DNA of 64,000 nucleotides from Octopus sinensis. Lineage: Eukaryota. Each line of letters starts with the position of its first letter. The first letter of the stretch is position 1. The DNA is taken from positions 52,204,001 through 52,268,000 of the forward strand of contig NC_043002.1 in the NCBI RefSeq assembly GCF_006345805.1. Reading direction: 5' to 3'. A program made the translations under genes and the position numbers. The notes beneath the pieces are model-generated. The model made no database searches and was not told where the DNA came from. It saw only the letters and a program-made list of their open reading frames with translations. Shown here piece after piece: positions 1-13,920 of this stretch.

Positions 1-628
1 AAAAAATGTTCTCGTTCCAAGTCATATTCGGTTACATTGTCGCATTGTTTATTAGATTGATCCGTGTGCTTGGTTGATAATTATTCTATCTACCAAGGAA
101 GAAAAAGAGCTGGAACGTAACGTCGAGCACTGTGAGAATTGAACTCGGAACGCAGAGTGATGTAACTAAATATCGCAACACATGTTGCTCTTTACCTTCT
201 ATATCTTGCCCAAATCATTGCCCTGTTTGACCAACACCCATACAAACGCATACACGCGCGCGCACACACAAGTTTAATATCTGTTGATTCACAGAAAAAT
301 TGGTATACATAGTTGCTGATTTTAACTGAAATGAATATTTTATGGTGCTCTCAGAAACAATAATTGTGATTACGAAACAGCAGAGACATTTCCGCTAGAG
401 CAGCGCAAGTCTTTTCTGTATCCGTGCGTGCGCTAATCTTGTTTCTATCATTGATGTTGTTGCATCACAGCTGTCTTATATTTCTCCCTCTTCCTTCCTT
501 TAAAAATTGTTTATTACATCGTCAACTGAAGCGAGGCCACCGGTGGTGATGGAAAAATATAAGTATGACGTAAAGGCATGAAATTTGACAACACTTTTGT
601 CCGGTGTTTTTTCTTTTGAGTTTCCGAG

Positions 629-718
<90 letters not shown>

Positions 719-888
719 GAGGACATGGCTGTATGGTTAAGAAGCTTGCTTTGCAATCACATGGTTTCGGATTCAGTCCCATTACGCGGCATCTTGAGGG
801 AAGTGTCTTCTAATATAACTTCGGGACGACACTGGCCAATGCTCTGTAAGTGAATTTGATAGACAGAAACTGTATGGAAGCCTGTGGC

Positions 889-935
<47 letters not shown>

Positions 936-1180
936 TGTGTCTTTGTGCGTGTGTTTATTCCCACCACCGTTTGACAATCGGTGTTGATTTGTTTATATCC
1001 CCGTAATCTAACAAGAGTACTGGCTCTTGTTTATAGATATCCGCTTTGCATACAACTTATTTGTTACTGCATGCCGATGTCAGTCAAACTGTTAATAATT
1101 CCCAAGGCATACACAGAACATCAAGAATCCCAACAGATTTCTATAAACAATAGATTAGATTCATTGTTCCAAGGGTAATT

Positions 1181-1245
1181 TTGACTGAGGAGACTTACAA
1201 AAAGGTCGAAACACTGCAGTGTCTTAGTCTCCTTTTATAAATAAA
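1181..1245 (+). ncRNA. Type I minimal hammerhead ribozyme motif, Penelope-like element tail, followed by AATAAA
   Basis: CTGAGGA (1185-1191); stem II GACTT/AGGTC; GAAA (1208-1211); stem III ACAC/GTGT with palindromic TGCA loop; GTC triplet (1221-1223); weak stem I; AATAAA at 1240-1245. Confidence 0.72.
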
Positions 1246-3879
1246 TAGAGTGTGCTTTAAACAGACATCGTCTAAAATGAGTTGTTCTCCGACGTTGAAA
1301 GACAACAACGCTCAGTATGTTTATGTTCGAATCTGCCAGAACGTATTGAGAATGAATTGGTACCTTATCTGCGAATTCAAGGATGGAATTTCGAGGTTGT
1401 TTGAATTTACGATGGTCTCACTGTTCTCTTGAAAGCAGACATTCAACACAGCTGAAGCAATATGAAATGTAGCTGCAACAAGCACGATGAATTAGTTATC
1501 CCTCGACCAATACCACCCTGCTTTCCTTCGGACTACCACACAGCCAAACCAAAGAGCCTTGCTGGTTCAATGCCGTACTTTCTTCGTCAGTCGGCAACAT
1601 CATGACGGTGAGTACGCAAGCATTGCATTTTATTGTATCCCGATCACCGCGGATGTAAGCTACATAAATACTACTGTAGAGCTCTTGTCGATAGACTATG
1701 ACTGTACTTGCTGTTTCTTCGTCAGAATTCGAGACGTTTTTCTCATCCCGCTCCTCTAAACGATGTCATGAAGAGGAAGCTCGACGCTGCTGTTTCCCTG
1801 TCACAAGTGGAGCTTGTTTGTCTCTTACAAACAATTGAAGTTTGGACGGGGTTATTCATTTCCCGTTCGAGAGAGGCAAATCACTTAAAGGGACGCTACG
1901 TATTGTGATGTACTTCAGTGTCAAGTTAGTCAACTAAGCAATAAAAACCTGAGCTGTCGTGCTATGAGTCATTGACCTACAAATTTCCTTTTCGCACCTG
2001 TCACTCTTAAGACTGCTCGTGTCCTTGGTTCACTGATCTTCACATTAGGATGAAGGTCATGCCTAAGGAAAGAATCCGGTAAGGAAGTGTAGCTGATGCC
2101 GTGAATATCGCTGGCCTTTCTTTGTTGCTACGTTTTTCCTAATCCATCTGCAGAATGCCGGTGGGATAAATATTTATTCAACAACAAATGTAAAATTTGC
2201 TTACTTGTTTCAATAAATGTGTTGTCATTTTGATATAGGTCAACAAATGAAACAAATTATTTTACGTTAACTGTATGTATGTATGTATGTGTGTGAGAGA
2301 TTGTGTTTATGTGTATGAGTGTGCGTGGGAGAGGGAGAGAGATTGTTCTTGTGTGTGTGTGTGTGTGTATGTATGTTCGAGTATATGTGTACGTCTATAT
2401 ATTTTTGTTGATCAAAATTATTCTCTGATGACGTCACACTCACAAAAGAGAAATATAAGAACTTATATAACGCGGTAGAAAGCAGTTTTAGAAAAATCGT
2501 CTCTGTCACTCTCAGAACTTAGTTGAGCTAGCAGAAAAGTCTCTACATTTTCCCTTGACGCGCCAGAAACAGCAGCCAGATTTCCTTCAAAACATACCTA
2601 CCTTCTTTAAAAAGCAAAGGATACGGGCTGTCAAAAAATATACTCGATCTACAAATCCTTTACTTTTTGAATTTAAAAGTTACGAAGGTGAACATTGCCT
2701 TTCATCCTTCCTAGGTCAATAAAATATATACAAGTAAAGTACTGGAGTCGATATAACCGACTATACGTCACTTACGCAAAATTTATAGTCTTCTGAATAT
2801 GTTAGATATGTCGATTAGGAGGCATTTGTTTTCTTGGTTCTTGACAATATCTGATCGAATGGTCTTGATCTCGCCGTCTGTTGAGTTTTTGGCATACCCA
2901 GGGTGTGGCTACTTAGTCATTGTCTGTGACTTTCCTAGGATATGCCTTTAAATCTTTTCTGTTAGCATTCTATAGTGCTGTCACAACTTCCAGTTTTCTG
3001 TTAGCATTCTATAGTGCTGTCATATGTGTGGATATATTCTTTTGTGGATAAGGTTGGATAACTATGGACTGTTTTTTCTGCATCACCACATATTCTGCAG
3101 TTTACTTATTGTATTCAGTTTCATTATATATTTTTGGTAGTTTATCGTGGAAAGGCTTTGGTCTTGTACTGAAGTATCTTTCAGTCAGTCTCCAGTTTTT
3201 TTTACGCGTCTCAGCTTCTTTAAAAAACTTTTTCCATTCTGTTCAGCTTATTCAAGTATTTACAATTTAAGCGCTCTTCTTGGCATTATTTTCCTTTTGA
3301 TATCGGATAAATAACAAATAATTGCCGAACGACAACCTATATTACAATACCTAGGACAGGTATTGTAATATATTGTTATTGTTCTGTTGAGTTTATTTTC
3401 GTAGCTCAAAAACAAGTGTTGAAAAGATAGATTACAAGGACAAGAACATGTTTCGAAGATAGAAACGCTCTTGATATGTCTTTGCTTGATGTTTTGCATT
3501 TTGGATTTTATTTCACACAAAGACATTTTGAAAACTCAGTTTCTCACTGGGATTAGATAACGAAGTCGATTTTTTGAAAATGTCTTCATTTTATTCTGCT
3601 GTCAAATTGCTAAGGTAGAAAATAGCTTCTCTTTTCTGATCCGGTTCTCAGAGAAATTACAGTAAACAAAGCAAAACAAATAATAAAAAAGAAAATAAAT
3701 GATAAAAAAATATTTATGAACACACAAAGTAGCGGCTAAAAATGAAAATTATATACATACATATATAGCATATATATTAAAAACATAATAGATATGTTTA
3801 ACTCAACAACAACAGCATCAGCAACAGCAACAACATGTATGCACATACTATATTCAATGCTAACACACACACACGCACG

Positions 3880-3949
<70 letters not shown>

Positions 3950-4842
3950 AATAACGAAAAGCTGTCCTTTGCACACATTAAAAAGAAGAGAATACTCATC
4001 CGGTGGCGGGAACGCGGTGCGCTCCTCGAGCGTTCGTCGTCGAAGCAGGCAGTTGGACGAAGCAGTGGCAACACAAGCGAGCTTAGAGACATTGTTGGGA
4101 AGACCCCCAAATTCAGTACTCACGATAGACGACTCGGCTACTCCACATGTAGGAGTCAATCCCATTTAAGAGCTCGCTGCATACCACCAAGAAAAGTATC
4201 ACGAAGGATATTGGTCTAAAAGCGATACCAGTTACAATTCACAAATCGGCAAATATTATTGTCCGGTTGTCCATTGCCAGGAACTTATGGAAACTTATGA
4301 AAACACAAAACTGTCTCTTTCTTTCTCTCTCTCACTATTCCAGCTACAACCGGCGACAAGGACACATACATAGAAACAACCACAAGTGATCGTAAATAAG
4401 CGAGAAGTATCATCTCCTCATAAACAATACGACCTCATACTTTTATGAGGATGGGTAGGGTCCATTTGGAGGCTGATGGGGATAATCAGATTTCTTAAGA
4501 AAAAAGAACCCCAACGAATCGATAAAAGACCTCGATGAAAACAAAACAAAACAAAACAAAAAACAAAAAGATACGAGGTACATCACGTGCGAAGAAGAGA
4601 CTATGATACTGATGAATAGCTGATATGTTATAAAGGAGAACGAATGTAACAGTTCACTGCGGTTACTTTATTTTGTCCTCTGCGACACGTACGAGATGAG
4701 GTAAACACGTTTTCTACATACTAAAAATGTGAAAAAATAATTTCGCAGTAGACGCATATCTATATGAATAAACATGCGTAAATGTGTATCTGAATATGTA
4801 TATCTAAATATATATGTTGGCATGAATGTGTGTGTGTGTATG

Positions 4843-4908
<66 letters not shown>

Positions 4909-5359
4909 ATTATTGACTTCAATTCTCTGTCGTAAGTAAACTATTGAAAACAGCATATATTCAATCTCTTAAAAAACAAAAACAAAAACAAACAAAAAAC
5001 AAAACAAAATAAAAAGAAAGCAGCTGTGTATTCTTTTATTAACACGCACGTGGCTGACACTTCACAGACACGTGTACCCTTAACGTAGTTCTTAGGAAGA
5101 TTCAGCGTGACACGGAGCGTGACCAGGCTGGCCCTCTGAAATACAGGTATTACTCATTTTACCAGCTGAGTGGACTGGAGCAACGTGAAATAAAGCGTCG
5201 CTGGGAATCGAACTCACGACCTCGTGCCGAATAACCACCAAGCCACGCACCTTCACATTGTAGAAGTATAACGAATTTATTGCACATAAAGTTTAACAAC
5301 AAAATCTTATATGAACCCCGCTAAGGTTCATGTGGACTCTGGCTGGGAACCATGAGATC

Positions 5360-5700
5360 AAGAATTCTCAGCCATTTTTTTTTTACCTATGGACCCCTTT
5401 GTTTGGTATTTTATTCTGGTGGCCCCCACCAATAACTATTTGATTCGTAAAAACTAGTTTTGTAGAATTTTTTTTCAAAATTCCTATTCTGTTTTTCACA
5501 CATTCACTTCCGTAGGTTGAACCATGTAAAATGTTAGAGAAAGAAACCTGACTGTTTCTTGCAAGATATACCAATACATACGTTTTCAGGGTCCCTTAAA
5601 ATACTATTGTGGATCCTCAATTTACTATTTTGCTGCGTGGACCCCTCACAAAATCTTATATGGACCCTCAGGGGCCATATGGTCCTCAGTTGAGAACTTC
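5360..5700. mobile_element. Degenerate hAT-type MITE, same family as 51195-51462, preceded by a second right end (~5300-5355)
   Basis: Left end attctcagccattttt...ggacccc and right end ggaccctcagggg...cagttgagaac resemble the ends of the 51195 element. Confidence 0.55.
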
Positions 5701-5830
5701 TCCACAAGACTAAACCTTTGAAGGCGGGGGCCCCCACATGGCCACATTACAATGGCTGAAAGAAATAGAAGGTAAAAAGTAAAAGAAGATTAAGTTGCGT
5801 GGTACGTGGTTTCGCTTCTTTACTCTGAAC

Positions 5831-6027
5831 CAGTGGTTTTCAACCAGGGTTCCGCGGAACCTTAGAGTTCCGCAAGAAGTTACAAAAATGCTAAAATCGA
5901 CAGTAATCTTTAATTCTCCTGTGCAGATATGTGTGCATAAGACAATTAAATTATTGCACAGGGGTTCCTCGAGCCAGTGAAATGTTTTCTTGGGGTTCCG
6001 CTCCAGCAAAATGTTTGAAAAGCACTG
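5831..6027. mobile_element. hAT (Charlie-like) MITE
   Basis: TIRs CAGTGGTTTTCAACC / GTTTGAAAAGCACTG. 8-bp flanks CTCTGAAC and CTCTAAAC match at 7/8. Confidence 0.8.
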
Positions 6028-6747
6028 CTCTAAACGCTATGGTCCGTCATTCCCTTTCATGTCTCGCAAGAGTATCTGCATGGCAAAATATCATACTTCG
6101 CTTTTTATGTACTGGGGGCAGTTTACTGCCGTTGCCCTTATCCGTGCAAATTAATGACCTTGCACTTATTATTTTTAAATACTTAAGAAAATTTACGTAT
6201 TTATTTAAAATTTACCAATTGAAATATTTTAAATACTAGGACACGTGTTCACGCAAACGAAGTAAATACGTTCGTAATAAGACATTAAAAAAAAATCCTC
6301 AAGTTACTGAAGGAAAAAGGAGAAGATAAAGCAAAAAGAGAATGTGATAAGGAAAGAGTAAAAGATAGGTAACAGCAAGAGAGTGAATTAAAAACGAAAA
6401 TAGTTCAGGCTTTTATTTAATTTTATTTCTTTCATTTTTTTTTTTTCTTCCGCATTTTAGAAGTTTGAAATGCTAAGCAAGTGAAGAGAACAAGTTAGCA
6501 CTTGTAAACTTCCGGTTAGATCGAAACTGGGTAAGTAAAGAGACGCCATATGTTTAATAAAATACCAGCGATATGATCTGATATGAAATGAAATCATACA
6601 AATAACAAATTAATGGGAAGAACGTAAAAGAGAAAGAAAGAGAGAAAAGAAATAGCTGAGAGCAAGGAAGAAAGTATAGACAGAAGAGAGAAGAGAGAAA
6701 AGAGAAAAACTAAAATAGGGATATTTGAGCAGAGGAATTCACCATAG

Positions 6748-6801
<54 letters not shown>

Positions 6802-7263
6802 TGTGTATATGTATATATATATATGAATGTGCATATGTATATATACATACAGTGGCGGTGTAAGGCTTAGAGGTATGTAATTCTTTTTCAAACTTAAACA
6901 GCACTAAATATAGAGTGCACCTTGTTTGTGTGTTGTGTGTGTGTGTGTGTATGTTCGTGCATGCGTGTGTGGCTCCTTTTTATTCGTATATATATATATA
7001 TATGCATACATATGCAAGCTAAACTCTCATACGTACGCACACACTCATCACGCTGCAAATACATAAGTCGTAAAATATTTTTTGTCCCTGTCCAATGCAC
7101 AAATATAATAATCTAAAAAAAGAAAAAAAAAAGAAAAAGAAAATGTTAGGATTGTTGTTTACTTAGCTAACACCGAATGAAGTGGTGGGAGAAGGTGTCA
7201 TTTGGGGAGCCGCATAAACATGACCAGGAAGTGAAATTTGCTTTATAAGCTCTGTCTCCCTCT

Positions 7264-7319
<56 letters not shown>

Positions 7320-7651
7320 TACATACATACACTTGTACTTGCAATTCCCCCTCTCATCTGTAAATGAATTTTAGGCATGTTGCGGACCGCCTCCAAGGTT
7401 TGAGTCGAGCTCTTAAAATTAATTAAAGTTGGTACTCCGGTACTTAATTTTTATTGGTGACCATTTGTAGAACCTCTATGTTTATAGTAAATACGGACCA
7501 ACGACACCCACACATATGTGTGTGTGTGTGTGTGTGTGTGTATAATATAATATATATGTGTTATACACATACACATTATACAATATATGTACACATACAA
7601 ACATGCATGTATATATATATATATAATATATATATATATAATATATATATA

Positions 7652-7698
<47 letters not shown>

Positions 7699-8343
7699 AT
7701 ATATATAAAAGGAATACACGTACGTTGTGCGTTCTATATGTATGTGTGTGTGTGAATCTGGGTGAGATTGTACAAGTGTTTCTCCACGTATGTGTACTGA
7801 ATGCGTCGTAAATATATGTACTAGATATTTTTACATTTCACCACGTGGTTCAATTGAGTCCATTGCAGCGTGTATGAGAAGACACTCCGTGTTTTTGAGA
7901 GATCAGAATTATCATTGGCGATTTGTAAATAGCAGAAACAGATAACACAGATACCATACAATCACACATGCATATACTTGCATATATGCACATACATATA
8001 TAATACATGTATATACACACCTACTTACATGTATACACACAATACAGGTACACTATACTAATATACATACATAAATGCTTATATGTGTGTGTGTGAGTGG
8101 GTGGGTGTATGTGTACATACATGCATAAACACACACACACGCGCGCGCGCACACACACACATGCATATAATGTATAAGATTAGTGTTACATGCGTATACA
8201 TGCAGAAATGTGTTTGCAACGATTTATGTCTGTGCTTTTGTGCACCATGCATCTATGAGAGGACTTCAAAAGGCGAAATACATTCGGCATTCTAACAATA
8301 CATTTACGTCAAGATGGATACAATTATATTCATACATAATTGC

Positions 8344-8375
<32 letters not shown>

Positions 8376-8381
8376 TATATA

Positions 8382-8438
<57 letters not shown>

Positions 8439-8592
8439 GTATATTATGCTGAAGAACACAACAAACCGCCCGGTCCGACAATCGAACTCACAACCTCACG
8501 ATTGAAAACCCGATGCTCTGACCACTGATCCATCTAATCCACCTGCTTGTTGTTCACACACCTGTATTCGTCTTTTGTTTTTCTGTAAATTT

Positions 8593-8649
<57 letters not shown>

Positions 8650-8653
<4 letters not shown>

Positions 8654-8850
8654 AGAGTTTGCAAAAAAAAAAAAAAAAGACGAAGACAGGTGGTGTACAA
8701 AACAAACAGATGTATTAGTATAACGCTCAGGAATAGGAAAGGTTTTTTACGTTTTGAGCCTACGCTCTTCTACAGAAAGGGACACAGAAAAATCACGGAG
8801 AGAAAAAATGTGCGTAGTGGCTAAGGATCTATCATGGCGACTACACACAT
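8650..8850 (-). mobile_element. Penelope-like non-autonomous tail element with degenerate hammerhead-like motif
   Basis: Minus strand reads CTGTAGAAGAGCGTAGGCTCAAAACGT. Homologous to 21700-21900 (+). Confidence 0.55.
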
Positions 8851-9169
8851 GATATTGTATTTCACGTTGCTCTAGCTCACTCACCTGTAGAAATAAGTTG
8901 CGGCGTCACTGATGCCAAGATGTATCGGTCTTTCCCTTGGAGACAGGAGACAGGTATGCAATAGCAACTGTTGGTCTTCCAGAAGCAACTTTAACCCAAT
9001 TTGTAACCGAAGTGGGTGTGGTTAATTCATCGTTACATAAGTTTCCAAATATATATATGCTTACACAGATATCTACCTAGAAACATAGATAGTTCAATGC
9101 TGCAGTTTTAAGTTGAAGTAACAAAATTCTTTCAAATCGACTTGATTTGAAATCTGCAACTTTTTTGGG

Positions 9170-9350
9170 GAGAACTTGGATTAGAAGACGGTGCCATAGT
9201 ATGGTTTCGTGGAGTAATTTGTTTTCAATTTGAAATACGGCTCCATGTCGAAAAAGCGCTGAAGTATTGGCACTTGTTGGCTGGTATTATTACAAGACTC
9301 CAACCGAACGATGGATTGGTAGACCTGGTGGGCATCGGATAAAATGGAAT
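9170..9350 (+). pseudogene. Tc1/mariner transposase relic (catalytic-domain fragment)
   Basis: Frames give ELGLEDGAIVWF and APCRKSAEV...ERWIGRPGGHRIKW, resembling WFQQDGAPxH...RWIGRxGxxxW of Tc1/mariner lineages. Confidence 0.4.
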
Positions 9351-9845
9351 GGAAGTTTTGGTGAATCGTTATAGCAACAGATAAAATATCTTACATCTTT
9401 TGTACCAACATTTGTACAAGTTCTTTACAACCTGAGTTCAAATTGCAATAACGTCAGCTTTGCCTTTTATCTCTTCAAGGTCGATAAATTGAAGTACTAG
9501 TCAAATACTGGTGCTGATGTAATAGCCAAAAGCACGGCAGTGCCGTTCAGTTCCCACAAAACTTATTAACAAACAACAAACACAAGAAACAAGATCGAGT
9601 CCCTTGCCTGCAAACATACACACATACATACAGATATATACACACACATACACGGACGTACACGCGCACTCACACACGCGCACTATACAGCTATAGTTAA
9701 GTAGGATGTTAGGTCTTAACTACCTGTGCATGTGAAGAGTGGATCCAGCTGACCCTACAGAATAGGGAAAGCGACCTCAGGAATTCATATAAACACACAT
9801 ACATACATACATACATTATATATAGTATATATGTATATAATAAAT

Positions 9846-10374
<529 letters not shown>

Positions 10375-10388
10375 GTATATATATATAC

Positions 10389-10447
<59 letters not shown>

Positions 10448-11707
10448 ATATATATGCACGTATGTACGTATATATATAAATACATATTAAACACACACAT
10501 AATATACAGATATATATACGTGCATGCGCACACGCATACACACACATATATACTTATGTACACCCACACACACGTTTCATAGCTCATAAGTAACACACAT
10601 ATGCACACATGTAGAGACCCTTATTTAGCAAGCGTTACATAAATAGATTTATTTTGCGACCAGCTTACGTCTGTCTTTCGAATCCTATTACTAATGGAAA
10701 CTTTAGAAAGTGTACGCAAACATTGACAATGGACGACATATCCGTAAAGGATATTATTTGTGGTATTTCTTCTTCTTCTTCTTCTTCTTCTTCTTCTTCT
10801 TCTCTTCTTCTTCTTCTTACTATTATTATTATTGTTATTATTATTATTATCATGGGTGCCAACAAAAGGTTATCAATGTTGGGCAAACAAATTGCTAAAC
10901 TCATAGATAAATATACGACCAGATAATGAAATAATTAGACGGTCACTAACAGAAGCAAAGCTCACATACTCATTATCGTACTGTTTCGCATTCTCCAAGT
11001 GGCAAGCAGGCAGGGAATATATATGTATGTATGTATGTATGTATGTGTGCGTATGCGTGTGTGTATGTATGTATGTATGTATGTATGTATGTATGTATGT
11101 ATGTATGTATGTATGTTTGTGTGTGTGTGTGGGCGCGTGGGCGTCCGCGCGCGCGTAACCTGGTTAATGTCGGACGAATTAAAGAAGAGTGCTCAACATA
11201 TGTTGCAGAGGCTATGTTTTTTTTTTAAATGAAACCGAAACTGCGTGTTTGTCAGGCGACTCGAATTTCCTGGCACTGCAATCTTCACCCCCACTCACAC
11301 ATAAAAATATGTGAACCGGTCAACTTATTTCAGAATTATATATATATGTATGTAGGTGTGTGTATGTTTGGTGTCTGTGTGTATGTGAGTCTGTGTGTAT
11401 GTGTGTGTATGTAATGTGTGTGTATGTTTGTGTGTCTGTGTTTGTCCCCCCCAACATCGCTTGACAACCGATACTGGTGTGTTTACGTCCCCGTAACTTA
11501 GCGGTTCAGCAAAAGAGACCGAGAGAATAATTACTAGGCTTACAAAGAATAAGTCCTGGGGTCGATTTGCTCGACTAAAAGGCGGTGCTCCAGCATGGAT
11601 ACAGTCAAATGACTGAAACAATTAAAAGAGTATGTATATGTACGTACGTGTATACTGTTCCACATAAAATTTCTATGCGTTTTGCTTTTATTTTTCACTA
11701 TATGCAT

Positions 11708-11750
<43 letters not shown>

Positions 11751-11798
11751 CACACACATACATATATATGTACCTACATGCATGCATACATGCATACA

Positions 11799-11832
<34 letters not shown>

Positions 11833-11842
11833 CATACATACA

Positions 11843-12919
11843 CAGGGGTTGGACAAAATAGAAAAACCTTAAAATTTCTAACAAATGTATTTTAACATGG
11901 GGTAGGACCGTCTTTTTCAGTAATTATAACTTGAATTCTACGAGGTATGGACTCGTACAAAGTTTGAATTGTTTCCAAAGGAATTTTTGTCCGTTCTTCA
12001 GCTAAAACAGTTTCCAGTTCTTGTGATGATGATGGTGGAGCATATCGACTCCTTACAAGTTTTTCTAAAATGCACCATAAATGTTCAATAATATTGAGAT
12101 CTGGGAACTGTGGTGGCCAGATAAGATGCTCAACTTCACTAGAATGTTCCTCGTGCCATTCAGTAACAACTTTAGCTGTGTGAATTGGTGCATTATCATC
12201 CTGAAAGATTCCGTTTCCCTCCGGAAACAGTTCCGCAACTATAGCATGAATTTGCTCAGATAAAATGCTTAAATAATCTTGACTATTAATTCGGCCATGA
12301 AGGGAAACCATTGGGGTGGCGGATTTCCATGATATAACCCACCCATATCATCACAGATCCTCCTCCATGTTTAAAAGTTAGAAGGCAGTCTGGGTCAAAT
12401 GCTTCTTTAGGCTATCTCCATACGTATACTCGGCCGGTGGTCGGAAATAAGGTAAAGGATGACTCGCCCAAGAAAATAATATTCTTCCACCGCTCTAGGG
12501 ACCAATTCTGTAGGTTTTTACTCCACTCTAAACGCTTTGCAATGATTGTTTTTGAAAGTAATGGTTTTCTGATTTCAGCCCTCTCGTGCAATCCAGCTTT
12601 GTGCAACTCCCGGCGAACGGCTTTTGTGGAAATAGGGTTCTTGAGGTGGTCATTAAGCTCTGCAGTAATTTTGGGAGCTGTACTTTTGCGATCCTTTCTA
12701 ACAATTCTTATAGGAGTTCGACGGTTCCTATCTGAAAGTTTTGGTTTTCTTCTGAAGTTTTGTTTCGACGAGGTTTTTTCCCCTCTTTCTCAAAGGCTGT
12801 CATTACTTTCGAGACAGTATTTCTTGATACACCAAACATTTCGGCTGTTTCGTTACGCTAGCGCCTGCCATGCGAGCACCAACAATTTGATCTCTTTGAA
12901 AGTCCGATAGATCTGTCAT
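11843..12919 (-). mobile_element. Tc1-like DNA transposon with disrupted DD36E transposase
   Basis: Minus strand gives MTDLSDFQRDQIVGARMAGASV... (ATG at 12919), IRKPLL, NIIFLGESSF (first D mutated to G), FQDDNAPIH...WPPQFPDLNIIEHLW with 36 residues between D and E. It carries frameshifts and a stop. One TIR, CAGGGGTTGGACAAAATA, starts at 11843; the opposite TIR was not found. Confidence 0.9.
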
Positions 12920-13434
12920 GTCAATGAATTTTAATTACCTTTTTCTGATGATATCTGAAAAGAAACATCAGTTTTATCAAAACACATTAAGCACCACTAA
13001 TAATAAATCAAAAAACATAAAAATGAACAAGCTTTTGACGGTTTTATAGATATTTCAAAATTATGATGCTATGATGTATATTATATGTACACAAATGTTT
13101 ATCTATATGTTTGCTTTAACATTAAATAAACTAATTTCATTACTTGAGGCAAGGACATAAAAGAGAAAAAGTGCCGGTATATAACGCGAAGAAAATATGT
13201 ATACAACAGCGCCTCATAGATCCCTTCGATGAAAAGTACCTGTAGTTGAGACTTTACTTTTTTTCACGTAGTTTTGAAAGAATGAAAAATTTTCTGCGCG
13301 AAGCAACGAAACCGCCTTACCTCGCACTTGTTAGAGCCCGGGGCGTTACTGGCTTGTGGGGGCTGAGTTGAACAACTGCTGTAGCGTATAAGAACGGATC
13401 TGGTATCTGCTGGACCCACTGTGGAGATTATTCC

Positions 13435-13920
13435 CTTGACCACCTATGGAAAAGGATTGTGTGGTGGACGAGAGGGAAAGGTTTGAAGACAGAAGCCTTC
13501 TTTTATGTCTAAGCCCACAGCAACTTTTTCAAGTTTCCCTTGTAAGTGAAAATGAACGTGGAATAAGAAATAGTGTTTCTCAGTAAATTTGTTGAAAGAT
13601 GGATGAGAGTGGCGAGCATGACCTGCATGAACGGAACTGTTCTCAGCAAAAGCCTGTAAACTGGAAACGAACATCTGGAAGAGGACGTTCTGTTTTTGTG
13701 GTTTGGTTAGTTGCGGTTTTTGTGGGAGATTTCCACGAGTCGTCCGTGGTAATCTCCTTGATTTGGAGATTTTTCTTTGTTTGAAATTTCTTTGTTATTT
13801 CTTTTGTTTGCATGTTTTTTTAATGTAATCCCACGTTGTATCGTTCGGTGCCGTCCTTCATCTGTTCGTCAAATTTTTGTGGTTACATCTTTTTGTCAAC
13901 CTTTTGTGGTTACTAAAGAA
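13435..13920 (+). mobile_element. L1/Tx1-type LINE ORF2 3' end fragment
   Basis: KRIVWWTRGKGLKTEAF...SKFVERWMRVASMTCMNGTVLSKSL*, homologous to the C-terminus at 60728-61009. Confidence 0.75.

Noticed and set aside
12920-13100. Second TIR of the DD36E element
   Set aside because: No reverse complement of CAGGGGTTGGACAAAAT was found. The element is truncated at this end.
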